Below, piece after piece: positions 38,679 through 47,292 of a stretch of DNA of 64,000 nucleotides. Source of the DNA: a candidate division WOR-3 bacterium (GTDB taxonomy: Bacteria > Hydrothermota > Hydrothermia > JBDRYB01); the NCBI GenBank assembly GCA_039803205.1, contig JBDRYB010000007.1:2207-66206 (forward strand), in the 5' to 3' direction. Position 1 is the first letter of the stretch; every line of letters begins with the position of its first letter. The notes below the pieces were generated by a model. That model was not told where the DNA came from. It saw only the letters and a list, made by a program, of their open reading frames with translations, and did no database searches. Made by a program: the position numbers and the translations under genes.

Positions 38679-39569
38679 GTGAACGAGAAGCTGGCTGGAT
38701 ATTGGAGCCAGAGGCGAGACCTCATTGACAGGGCAATTGACGAAATCCTCACCCCGACCGATGGCCCTGGAGCCAGGCTCGTAGAGGCAATGCGCTATAG
38801 CCTCATGGCCGGTGGCAAGCGCCTGAGGCCCATACTCGCTATAATGGGCTACGAGCTCTGCGGAGGCCACGATCTCAAAGAGGTCTTGCCGGTTGCTCTC
38901 GCTCTTGAGTTCATTCACACCTTTTCCCTCATACACGACGACCTCCCAGCCATAGACAACGACGATACTAGGCGCGGGGTCCCCACATCCCACAGAAAAT
39001 TCGGTGAGGCTATGGCCATACTTGCCGGAGATGCGCTTTTGGCAGAGGCTTTTGCGCTTCTTGCTGGATCCGGCCTCTCGCCTGAGATAAACTGTTCCGT
39101 TCTCAGAGAGATCACGAGAGCAATAGGGTTATCCGGGGTTATAGCCGGGGAGGTAGCGGATGTCCTGGCTGAAAAGGAGGCCTGGGAACCTTCCCCAGAA
39201 CTAGTGAGGTTTATACACACGAAAAAGACAGCATCTCTGATATCAGCCTCCCTGGCCTCAGGCGCGATCGTTGCCCGTGGTGACCGTGAAATCGTTGATT
39301 TCCTGAGAGAACAGGGGCTCAGGCTTGGCCTGTTGTTCCAAATTACGGATGACATACTTGATGTGGTTGGGGACGAGAGATCGGTTGGAAAGGACCTGCG
39401 CAAAGACGAGAAAAAGGTTACCTGGATAAGGGTGTTCGGGCTTGAGGCCGCGAGGGCAGAAGCCATAAGGTTTTCAGAGGAGATCTCCTCAGCGCTCTCC
39501 CAAAGGTTTGGGGAACGGGCCTGGGCACTTTGCGAGCTCGTTTCCTTCATAGCACGGAGGGAATATTGA
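38679..39569 (+). CDS. ispA: Short-chain polyprenyl diphosphate (FPP/GGPP) synthase
   Basis: GGKRLRP, HTFSLIHDDLP..DNDD.RRG, KKTA, FQI.DDILD. Confidence 0.92.
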   Translation: MNEKLAGYWSQRRDLIDRAIDEILTPTDGPGARLVEAMRYSLMAGGKRLRPILAIMGYELCGGHDLKEVLPVALALEFIHTFSLIHDDLPAIDNDDTRRGVPTSHRKFGEAMAILAGDALLAEAFALLAGSGLSPEINCSVLREITRAIGLSGVIAGEVADVLAEKEAWEPSPELVRFIHTKKTASLISASLASGAIVARGDREIVDFLREQGLRLGLLFQITDDILDVVGDERSVGKDLRKDEKKVTWIRVFGLEAARAEAIRFSEEISSALSQRFGERAWALCELVSFIARREY

Positions 39570-40006
39570 CCGAGGTCAAGAGGTTCTTCACGAACACCAT
39601 AATATGGGTTCCAATTCTGGCTATGATCATAGCCCAAGCGATAAAGTGCATCGTATATTCGGTAGCTGGCAGGCGTCTTGACCTCAGCTGGCTCTTCCAG
39701 ACCGGAGGCATGCCGTCATCCCACTCTGCTTTGGTCTCTGCCCTCACGATCAAGGTTGGCTTCAGGTCGGGCTTTGATAGCCCTTTGTTTGCTATTGCCT
39801 TCATCCTAGCGCTGATCGTGATGTATGATGCGGCCGGAGTAAGAAGGGCAATGGGGAAGCAGGCTAGACTGTTGAACATCATGGTTGATGAGGTATCCAA
39901 AGGAAGGCCTGTATCCGAGGAGCGAATGAGGGAGTTCCTAGGCCATACCCCACTGGAGGTATTCGTGGGCGCTGTTCTCGGCATAATCATCGCTATACTG
40001 CTGTGA
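39566..40006 (+). CDS. Divergent PAP2 family protein (DUF212)
   Basis: TGGMPSSHSA, VMYDAAGVRR..G.QA..LN, LGHTP.EV. Confidence 0.92.
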   Translation: MTEVKRFFTNTIIWVPILAMIIAQAIKCIVYSVAGRRLDLSWLFQTGGMPSSHSALVSALTIKVGFRSGFDSPLFAIAFILALIVMYDAAGVRRAMGKQARLLNIMVDEVSKGRPVSEERMREFLGHTPLEVFVGAVLGIIIAILL

Positions 40007-40009
40007 GAA

Positions 40010-40657
40010 ATGTTTGACATAACCGGCATCCTCTTATCTCTGCCAGCGGTCCTCCTGGCCCTCACGGTTCACGAGTACTTTCACGCCTGGACCGCTTTCA
40101 GGCTAGGGGATCCAACCGCGAGGAACGCTGGGCGGCTCACCCTAAACCCACTGAAGCACCTTGACCCTGTCGGTTTTATCCTCATACTAGTAGCCAGGGT
40201 TGGATGGGCAAAACCCGTTCCGGTTAATCCAGCCTACTTCAGGAGCCCCGCGGGCGGCCTCGCGCTCACTTCTCTGGCTGGACCTCTTTCCAACCTCGGC
40301 CTCGCTATACTCTCTGGCCTCGCTTTCAGGGGACTCAACCTGGTTATGGGCGAGGTAAGCCTTTGGAGGGAGTTTATTGGCCCCATGCTCGCCATAAGCG
40401 TTATAATCAACATAGCCTTGGCCTTCTTCAACCTGATACCCCTTCCCCCTTTGGATGGTTTCGCCATCCTTGCCTATTTCTTTCCCCGGGTGGGATACAA
40501 TCTTGGTTTCATAAGGGCGGGGCCATACATACTCATGGGCCTAATAATGCTCGGGTTTTTCTTGCCAATAAGCCCTCTGGGGCTTTATCTCGCGCCCTTT
40601 CTATACATAGGGACATGGCTCCTTCTCGGTGCCCCTATGGGGTTATTTGGAGGATAG
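40010..40657 (+). CDS. Site-2 protease, M50 family
   Basis: HEYFH, GRLTLNPLKH.DP.G, GWAKPVPVN, AGPLSN, FNLIPLPPLDG. Confidence 0.93.
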   Translation: MFDITGILLSLPAVLLALTVHEYFHAWTAFRLGDPTARNAGRLTLNPLKHLDPVGFILILVARVGWAKPVPVNPAYFRSPAGGLALTSLAGPLSNLGLAILSGLAFRGLNLVMGEVSLWREFIGPMLAISVIINIALAFFNLIPLPPLDGFAILAYFFPRVGYNLGFIRAGPYILMGLIMLGFFLPISPLGLYLAPFLYIGTWLLLGAPMGLFGG

Positions 40658-40660
40658 CAT

Positions 40661-41638
40661 ATGGGCATACGCGTAAAAAGCCTTTCCGCTTATGTTCCAG
40701 GAAACATCGTCAGGAACCAAGACTTTGAGCGGTTCCTCGACACATCAGATGAGTGGATAACCGAGCGAACCGGCATAAAGGAACGGAGGATAGCCTCTCC
40801 TGATGAGGCCGCCTCGGACCTCGGAGCCAAGGCCGCGGTGAGGGCGCTTGAAAAGGCCGGGCTTGACCCTAAGGAGGTAGACCTACTCATTGCGGCCACA
40901 TCATCTCCGGATCATCTTTTCCCCTCAACCGCTTGCCTCATTCAGGACAAAATAGGCGCCACAAAAGCCGCACCCTTTGATGTGTCAGCGGGTTGCCCGG
41001 GTTTTGTTTTCGGCCTTGAGATAGCTCGGGGAATGCTCATGTCAGGGAACTACAAGAAAGCCCTGGTTGTTGGGACGGAGTGCTTAACGAGGATAATGGA
41101 TTTCACGGATAGGTCGACCTGCGTTCTCTTTGGAGACGGTGCTGGGGCCGCAATCCTGGAGGATGATCCCATGCGCGAGGGCATATTGTCAGCCTACCTG
41201 GGCGGCGACGGCTCTTTGGGCAATTTGCTCATGCTTCCTGCAGGAGGCTCAAGGCTCCCTGCTTCCGAGGAAACCCTCAGGAATCGTCTCCACTACACAA
41301 AGATGGAGGGCCAAGAGGTTTTCAGGAACGCAGTGAGGGCCATGCGCGACGCGGCTCTCGTGACCCTGAAGAGGGCAGGCGTGAAACCAGAGGAGCTGGA
41401 TTGGCTTGTCCCTCATCAGGCCAATACTCGTATAATAGAAGCCACGAGGGAGCGTCTTAAACTGCCGCCGGAGAAGGTCTATGTCAACATAGAGCGTTTT
41501 GGAAACACATCAGCCGCATCCATACCCATAGCCCTTTGGGAGATGGAGGAGAAAGGGTTGCTGAAGGAGGGCCATCTGGTCCTCGCGGTTGCTTTCGGCG
41601 CGGGATTCGTGTGGGGAGGGATGCTCCTGAGATGGTGA
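40661..41638 (+). CDS. fabH: Beta-ketoacyl-ACP synthase III
   Basis: DTSDEWI.ERTGI.ERR, AGCPGF, LFGDGAGA, PHQAN.RI, GNTSAASIP. Confidence 0.96.
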   Translation: MGIRVKSLSAYVPGNIVRNQDFERFLDTSDEWITERTGIKERRIASPDEAASDLGAKAAVRALEKAGLDPKEVDLLIAATSSPDHLFPSTACLIQDKIGATKAAPFDVSAGCPGFVFGLEIARGMLMSGNYKKALVVGTECLTRIMDFTDRSTCVLFGDGAGAAILEDDPMREGILSAYLGGDGSLGNLLMLPAGGSRLPASEETLRNRLHYTKMEGQEVFRNAVRAMRDAALVTLKRAGVKPEELDWLVPHQANTRIIEATRERLKLPPEKVYVNIERFGNTSAASIPIALWEMEEKGLLKEGHLVLAVAFGAGFVWGGMLLRW

Positions 41639-42621
41639 GGGTTTGGCCTGAGACGGTTGAGCTCGGCTACGGTGCCCTCAAGAGGCTCAAGGACATAGCT
41701 TTATCCGTTGGCAAGAGCCCATTTGTCCTTTCCGGGCCCGGAAGGAGCAAGGAGATATGCGAGAGGTTCGCGAAACCTTCCTTTATTGTATCCGAGAGCA
41801 CCCGTCGCATCGTCCAGGAGGCAAAAAACCTGCTATCTTCTTTTGATAGCATTGTCGCGATAGGTGGGGGCAAGGCTGTTGATGTGGGAAAGATGGTTTC
41901 CGATGAGACAGGCCTCCCCTTGGTAAGCGCCCCAACCGTCCTGTCCGGAGATGGTATAGCCTCGCCCATTGCGGTTATAGATGGAACAAGCCACAAGGTC
42001 TCTGTTCCGGTTGCTCTGGTATGTGACCTTGAGGTGATCTCCGACGCGCCCAAAAGGCACAATTCTGCTGGTGCGGGCGATCTTCTCTCAAACATATCCT
42101 CAGCGTGGGATTGGAGGAGGGCACACGAGCTCGGGAAGGATAACGATTTCAACGGCCTTGCCGCGGCGATGAGCGAGATGGGAGCGCTTGCCCTGCTTTC
42201 AGAAGAACCAGAGCTCATGTGCTCTGACACGCTGAGGACCCTTTGCGAGGGACTGCTTCTCTCGGGCGCGGCCATGGCGCTCGCGGGGAGCTCAAAGCCC
42301 TCATCCGGTTCCGAACACAAGATAAGCCACGCGATTGATAAGCTTTTCGGGGGCCGAGGCCTGCACGGGGAACAGGTAGCGCTCGCCTCCGTCTTCACCA
42401 CATACCTTCAGGCAAACTCCCACAGGGAGGCCATGCTCTCGTTCTTCCAGAAGCTTGGCCTGCCAACAAAACCAGAGGACATAGGTCTTTCTTTTGCTGA
42501 TTTTGCGAGGTGTGTGGATGCGGCCCCTTCTACAAGGCCCGACCGGTTCACCATCCTGGAGGAAATGGCCCCCTCCGGAACCCAGCTTGTTGGCCTCGTT
42601 AAGAGAGCATACCTCTCCTGA
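41632..42621 (+). CDS. Glycerol-1-phosphate dehydrogenase-like protein (EgsA/AraM family)
   Basis: GGGKAVDVGK, PTVLSGDGIASP, GAGDLLSN...AWDW, SSGSEHKISHAID, LHGEQV, TRPDRFTILE. Confidence 0.82.
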   Translation: MVRVWPETVELGYGALKRLKDIALSVGKSPFVLSGPGRSKEICERFAKPSFIVSESTRRIVQEAKNLLSSFDSIVAIGGGKAVDVGKMVSDETGLPLVSAPTVLSGDGIASPIAVIDGTSHKVSVPVALVCDLEVISDAPKRHNSAGAGDLLSNISSAWDWRRAHELGKDNDFNGLAAAMSEMGALALLSEEPELMCSDTLRTLCEGLLLSGAAMALAGSSKPSSGSEHKISHAIDKLFGGRGLHGEQVALASVFTTYLQANSHREAMLSFFQKLGLPTKPEDIGLSFADFARCVDAAPSTRPDRFTILEEMAPSGTQLVGLVKRAYLS

Positions 42622-42624
42622 GGC

Positions 42625-42703
42625 CTTGTCCGGCAAGGGTTTAGGTCTATGGCCTTGCAGGGGCTATGCTTCCGCCAAACTACTTGTCCGGCAAGGGCTT
42701 AGG
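42625..42703. repeat. 21-bp direct repeat upstream of dnaA
   Basis: CTTGTCCGGCAAGGG(T/C)TTAGG at 42625-42645 and 42683-42703, each with internal CTTG-N5-CAAG dyad. Confidence 0.9.
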
Positions 42704-42746
42704 GGGCCTTGAGTCGCGTCGCGCGGGTATCCTATACTTTGGCGCT

Positions 42747-44024
42747 ATGAGCATCCTGCCCCGTGTCCTCTCCCTTATAAGGGAAACCGTTTCCCCTCAG
42801 ATATACGAGACCTGGTTCTCGGCCATAAGGGATATAACCGTGGAGGCCGGGGTCGCTGTCGTAACGGTTCCTGACCAGTTCTTCGCTGATTGGTTATCAG
42901 CCAGACACCTCCAGGCCCTCACAGAGGCAATAGCCAAGGCCACGGGTGAGAGGCTTGCCATAGAGTTTAGGGTTGCTGAGCCCCGACCGCTCCCTGACCG
43001 CGGGGATCGTCAGAGGCAAAGCCCAGGCCTAATACCGCGCTTCACCCTTGCCGCTTTTCTCATCCTTTCCCATAACCGTTTCCCCTGCGCGGCCATAAAG
43101 AGGTTCATAGAGAACGACGGAGGAGGGATACTCACCCTAGTCGGGCCCCCCGGGGCTGGGAAGACCCACCTGGCGAACGCGGCTGGCCACCTCTGTCTGA
43201 GCCTGAATCCCCATGCCAAAGTCAGATATGCGCGAGCAGAGCCTTTCTTCAACTCGCTTCTCTCATCAATAAGGGAGAAGAGCGTTGGCGCGTTCAAAAA
43301 GAGCTTCAGAAACCTGGATCTCCTCATTCTTGACGACTTCCAGTTTGTCAAAGGAAAGACCCTTCTGATGGAGGAATTGATCCACATGATTGATTCCCTC
43401 CTACTGAAGGACAAAAAGGTCATCGTGGTCTCTGGGATTCACCCTAAGGAGCTTGGGCTCTCTGAATCCCTTTTATCAAGGCTCATGGGAGGGCTCCTGG
43501 TTGAGATCTCCGAGCCTGGGCCGAAGGACAGGGAGCGCTTTCTGAGAACAACCCTTGAGGCAAAAGGTATCCCAGTTGAACCCGAAGTCATAACACATGT
43601 GGCCCAGAACTGCCGGGGCGCGATTAGGGAGCTGGAGGGAGTCGTCCAGAGGCTCTGGGCTTATCATTCCTTGGTGGGAGGACCGATTGGAGTTGAATCA
43701 GCGAAAGCGATCCTCGCTGATATGATGGTCATCAAAACCCCTGCCCAGATTGCAATTGAGCGCGTTATTGACTTCATGGGGGTTTCCCGTTCCGAATTGC
43801 TATCGGGGTCCCGGCGCAGGAGGGTCTCATTAGCCAGGCACCTCATAGCGTATATCCTAAGGGAGGATCTCGGCCTTCCGCTTGAGGAGGCGGCCGAGGC
43901 ACTTGGAGGGATTCACCACACCGCGATCCTATACGCTACAAACCGGGTAAGATCCGATCCCAAGCTCCTGAGCCTTGCTAGGAAGCTTTGGGGGGAGATC
44001 AGAGAACAGCGCTCCTCTGAATAG
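42747..44024 (+). CDS. dnaA: Chromosomal replication initiator DnaA, divergent
   Basis: Domain I (YETWF...VPDQFFADW), Walker A GPPGAGKT, Walker B LLILDDFQF, IRELEG, domain IV with LARH and GGIHHTAILYA. Confidence 0.85.
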   Translation: MSILPRVLSLIRETVSPQIYETWFSAIRDITVEAGVAVVTVPDQFFADWLSARHLQALTEAIAKATGERLAIEFRVAEPRPLPDRGDRQRQSPGLIPRFTLAAFLILSHNRFPCAAIKRFIENDGGGILTLVGPPGAGKTHLANAAGHLCLSLNPHAKVRYARAEPFFNSLLSSIREKSVGAFKKSFRNLDLLILDDFQFVKGKTLLMEELIHMIDSLLLKDKKVIVVSGIHPKELGLSESLLSRLMGGLLVEISEPGPKDRERFLRTTLEAKGIPVEPEVITHVAQNCRGAIRELEGVVQRLWAYHSLVGGPIGVESAKAILADMMVIKTPAQIAIERVIDFMGVSRSELLSGSRRRRVSLARHLIAYILREDLGLPLEEAAEALGGIHHTAILYATNRVRSDPKLLSLARKLWGEIREQRSSE

Positions 44025-44057
44025 GGGTCTTAGAGGTATACCCTCGCCAAAACCGTT

Positions 44058-44948
44058 TTACCCCTTCCTCTTCCTCACCGCAAGGCCCACCAGAAACCCG
44101 ATTATCTCCCATGTTGTCAGGGCGAGCCTGCCGAAGACCGCGACCAAAGCCACGCCAGCAGAACCACCCATGAGCCAGGTGAAGATCCCCTCCTTTACCC
44201 CGAATCCCCCTGGAACAAGGAGAAACAGATACCCTGCCATCCAGCCCAAAGCGTATGCTCCAGCGACCGCTATTGGGTTTGCCCGTGAACCGAGGTCAAC
44301 CAAAGCGAGCCATAGGCCAAAGCCAACCAGAAGCCATATCAGGTAAAGATAAAGCGTGGTCAGCAAATAGGCCCTTCGCGGAAAAGCCTGCGGAGGGGGA
44401 GCCTCCCTTCTCAGAAGCCTGAGAGGAAGTCTGAGAGCGTTCTGAATGGACCTCGGCCAGATGAGACCAGCCAGGCCCAAAATTGCGCCCGCGCTCATCA
44501 CCCAGGCGATCCACGGTGTCCAGAGGCCGAATGGAATGGCGGTCGCGGCCGCGAGGAAAGCTGCCCACAGGTTTGCTAGGACCTCTATGAGTATGGAATC
44601 CGCCACGATCATCTTGCTGTCTTTGGAGAAATAGAACCTACCTGCTATGTTCCAGACCTTGCCGGGCATGTATTTTCCAAGGTTAGCGGCTGACCATGCC
44701 CAGTATGCCTCCCTCGGTGTCATTTCGCCGCCCAGGTTTTTGATTATTCTCCACCATATAAGAGGGCCGAGAAGCGGAGGGGCCGAGAAAAGGATGAAGC
44801 CCAGGCAGATTCCGGGGCTAAGCGCGAGCCTACCGGAGAGCTCGTGCCAACCAGAGGATATTTGCCTGTATAGATAATAAGAAACCAGTATTATCACGGC
44901 CGCGGCCAGCAGTGGCCTCATCCATTTCCAGGCTCCCCTCCAGTTCAA
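44058..44948 (-). CDS. Lysylphosphatidylglycerol-synthase-TM/UPF0104 flippase-like membrane protein
   Basis: NLGKYMPGKVW, AYALGWMAGYL..L.PGG.GVKE, R...T..E. Confidence 0.8.
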   Translation of the reverse strand: MNWRGAWKWMRPLLAAAVIILVSYYLYRQISSGWHELSGRLALSPGICLGFILFSAPPLLGPLIWWRIIKNLGGEMTPREAYWAWSAANLGKYMPGKVWNIAGRFYFSKDSKMIVADSILIEVLANLWAAFLAAATAIPFGLWTPWIAWVMSAGAILGLAGLIWPRSIQNALRLPLRLLRREAPPPQAFPRRAYLLTTLYLYLIWLLVGFGLWLALVDLGSRANPIAVAGAYALGWMAGYLFLLVPGGFGVKEGIFTWLMGGSAGVALVAVFGRLALTTWEIIGFLVGLAVRKRKG

Positions 44949-45691
44949 GGCTTTTTCGCTATGACCTGGAAATGGTTTGAGCGTATATCCTCGGAATCCA
45001 GGTCAAAGTCTTTGATAAACTTGAAGGCCGTGAGGCCGGCCTCCCTGAGGATGTGCGCGGCTTCCGCTGGGAAAAGGAGTCTCAGATAGAAAACCTCCCT
45101 TATGGTCTCACCGTCGTGCTCCCATGTGACCGAATCCTCAAGGATCTGAAGGTGATGAATTATCCGCCTCACTGATGTCCTTCGGACCTGCTCATCCCCA
45201 ACCCTGAAGGCCGAACCTTCTGTCTTCACGAAGTTCCCCTCCAGCCACCACATTGGATTTACGGCATCAAGGATGAAAATTCCTCCGGGCACGAGTGCTT
45301 TCTCGACTCCGGCAAGCGTGTTTGCCATATCCTCGTCCGTGAGGTTGTAAAGAAAGGATGAGTTCAGGCAGAGAACAACGCCGAACTCCTCCTTGAAGCT
45401 CATAGTTCGCATGTCTCCTTCCAAGAGCTCTATTTCTGGATACCTCCTTCTCCCGTGCTCAAGCATGGCGCGCGACACATCAAGGCCCTTGCAGGCATAT
45501 CCTTGCCTGGATAGTAGGGCTATGTGAGCGCCAGTGCCACATCCGATATCCAGTATTGGCCCGGAAGCGCCAAGTCCTTGAAGCGCTTTGCCGATTGCCT
45601 CTGCCTCTTTCTGGAAACGACGCTCGTTTATGGCTTCCCATACCTCAGGGTGGTTATACTGGAACCTGTCTACATTCGGTTTTATCTCCAT
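44945..45691 (-). CDS. Class I SAM-dependent methyltransferase
   Basis: ILDIGCGTG, GLDVS..ML, GDMR, L.PGG.FILD. Confidence 0.9.
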   Translation of the reverse strand: MEIKPNVDRFQYNHPEVWEAINERRFQKEAEAIGKALQGLGASGPILDIGCGTGAHIALLSRQGYACKGLDVSRAMLEHGRRRYPEIELLEGDMRTMSFKEEFGVVLCLNSSFLYNLTDEDMANTLAGVEKALVPGGIFILDAVNPMWWLEGNFVKTEGSAFRVGDEQVRRTSVRRIIHHLQILEDSVTWEHDGETIREVFYLRLLFPAEAAHILREAGLTAFKFIKDFDLDSEDIRSNHFQVIAKKP

Positions 45692-45798
45692 AGGCTAGGC
45701 GCAAATTATAAACCCCGGCACCCTTATTTCTCCCTTTGCGCGGCGCGAACGAACCACAGTGCTGGCGCTCGGCAAATCCCTTGCCTCATAATTTCTCC

Positions 45799-47292
45799 AT
45801 GTCCAGATACGCTCTTGTATCCGTCTGGGACAAACGGGGGCTTGTTGATTTCGCGAGGGGGCTCTTGGAATTTGGTTTCAGGTTTCTCTCAACCGGAGGA
45901 ACCGCGAGGGCCCTCAGAGAGGCAGGCCTTGATGTCACGGAGGTTTCGGAGATCGCTGGGTTCCCGGAGGCCTTCGGGGGCAGGCTGAAGACCCTTCAGC
46001 CTCTGATATTCGGCGGCATTCTCTTCAGGCGAGGGACCGATGATGATGAGGCAGAGCATCTCGGCATCCCGAGGATTGACCTGGTATGCGTGAACCTTTA
46101 TCCTTTTGAGGAAACCGCGGCCCGCAACCCGTCCCTCTCTGAGCTCATTGAGATGATTGATATAGGCGGGCCGTCATTGATAAGGGCCGCGGCGAAGAAC
46201 CACGAATCAGTGATGGTCGTCGTTGACCCGGATGATTACGGTTGGGTCCTGGAGGGATTGAGGAAGCACGGGGGAAGCCTCTGCGAGAGGGGCCGGAGGC
46301 GCCTTGCCCTCAAGGCGTTCGCGAGGACAGCTGAATACGACTCCTTCATTTACAGGGAGCTCTGGTCAAGGTTCATGCCAGATGAGCTGCCGGATCGCCT
46401 TTTCGTTCACGCGCCCATGGCCCAGGCTCTCAGGTATGGAGAAAACCCGCATCAGCGTGCCGCTTATTACGGAAAGCCTCCCTGGACGCAGATTTGGGGC
46501 AAAGAGCTTTCCTACAACAACATCCTGGACGCGACAGCCGCTTGGGAGTGCCTTTCGGAGTTCTCAGAGCCTGCCGCGGTCATCGTCAAGCACCTCATCC
46601 CTTGCGGAGTAGCGGTCAGGGATGAAATAGATGAGGCATTCGTGGGGGCATATGAGGCGGACCCGGTTTCGGCTTTCGGCGGAATAATAGCCCTGAACAG
46701 GCCCCTTACCCAGCGCATAGCGGAAAACCTCAACAAGTTTTTCTCTGAGATAGTCATGGCGCCGGAATTCATGCCAGAAGCGCTTGAGATCCTGAAGAAA
46801 AAGAAGGACAGGCGCTTGCTTTTGGTTAGGGATGAAGGAGGGTGTTCCGAGCAGATAAGGAGCGTCCTAGGCGGGTTCCTCTATCAAGGGCCGGATGATA
46901 TTCTGAACGAGAGGTGGGAGCTCGTTTGCGGGAGCTTGGACGAGGAGACGAGCCGCGACCTTCTCTTCGCTTGGAAAGTTGTGAAACATGTTCGTTCAAA
47001 CGCCATCGTGGTCGCGAAAGACCTCACTACCCTCGGTGTTGGCGCGGGCCAGCCAAACAGGGTTGGCTCCACTGAAATAGCCCTCCGTCAGGCAGGGGAG
47101 GGGGCACGGGGCGCTGTTCTCGCTTCGGATGCCTTCTTCCCCTTCCCGGACTCGGTTGAGCTTGCGGCGAGGGCTGGAATAAAGGCAATAGTTCAGCCAG
47201 GGGGCTCTGTAAGGGACCAGGAGGTGCTTGAGGCCGCCAGGAGGCTCGGCCTAGCCATGGTCTTAACTGGGACGAGGCACTTCAAGCACTGA
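45799..47292 (+). CDS. purH: Bifunctional AICAR transformylase/IMP cyclohydrolase
   Basis: ALVSV.DK, STGGT, GR.KTL.P, E.IDIGGPSLIRAAAKNH, LRYGENPHQ, ASDAFFPF. Confidence 0.97.
   Translation: MSRYALVSVWDKRGLVDFARGLLEFGFRFLSTGGTARALREAGLDVTEVSEIAGFPEAFGGRLKTLQPLIFGGILFRRGTDDDEAEHLGIPRIDLVCVNLYPFEETAARNPSLSELIEMIDIGGPSLIRAAAKNHESVMVVVDPDDYGWVLEGLRKHGGSLCERGRRRLALKAFARTAEYDSFIYRELWSRFMPDELPDRLFVHAPMAQALRYGENPHQRAAYYGKPPWTQIWGKELSYNNILDATAAWECLSEFSEPAAVIVKHLIPCGVAVRDEIDEAFVGAYEADPVSAFGGIIALNRPLTQRIAENLNKFFSEIVMAPEFMPEALEILKKKKDRRLLLVRDEGGCSEQIRSVLGGFLYQGPDDILNERWELVCGSLDEETSRDLLFAWKVVKHVRSNAIVVAKDLTTLGVGAGQPNRVGSTEIALRQAGEGARGAVLASDAFFPFPDSVELAARAGIKAIVQPGGSVRDQEVLEAARRLGLAMVLTGTRHFKH

Noticed and set aside
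41667-42401. Long antisense ORFs (e.g. 41667-42401, 38915-39637, 12182-12784, 8040-8645)
   Set aside because: They shadow well-supported genes on the opposite strand, have no motifs and are expected in GC-rich DNA
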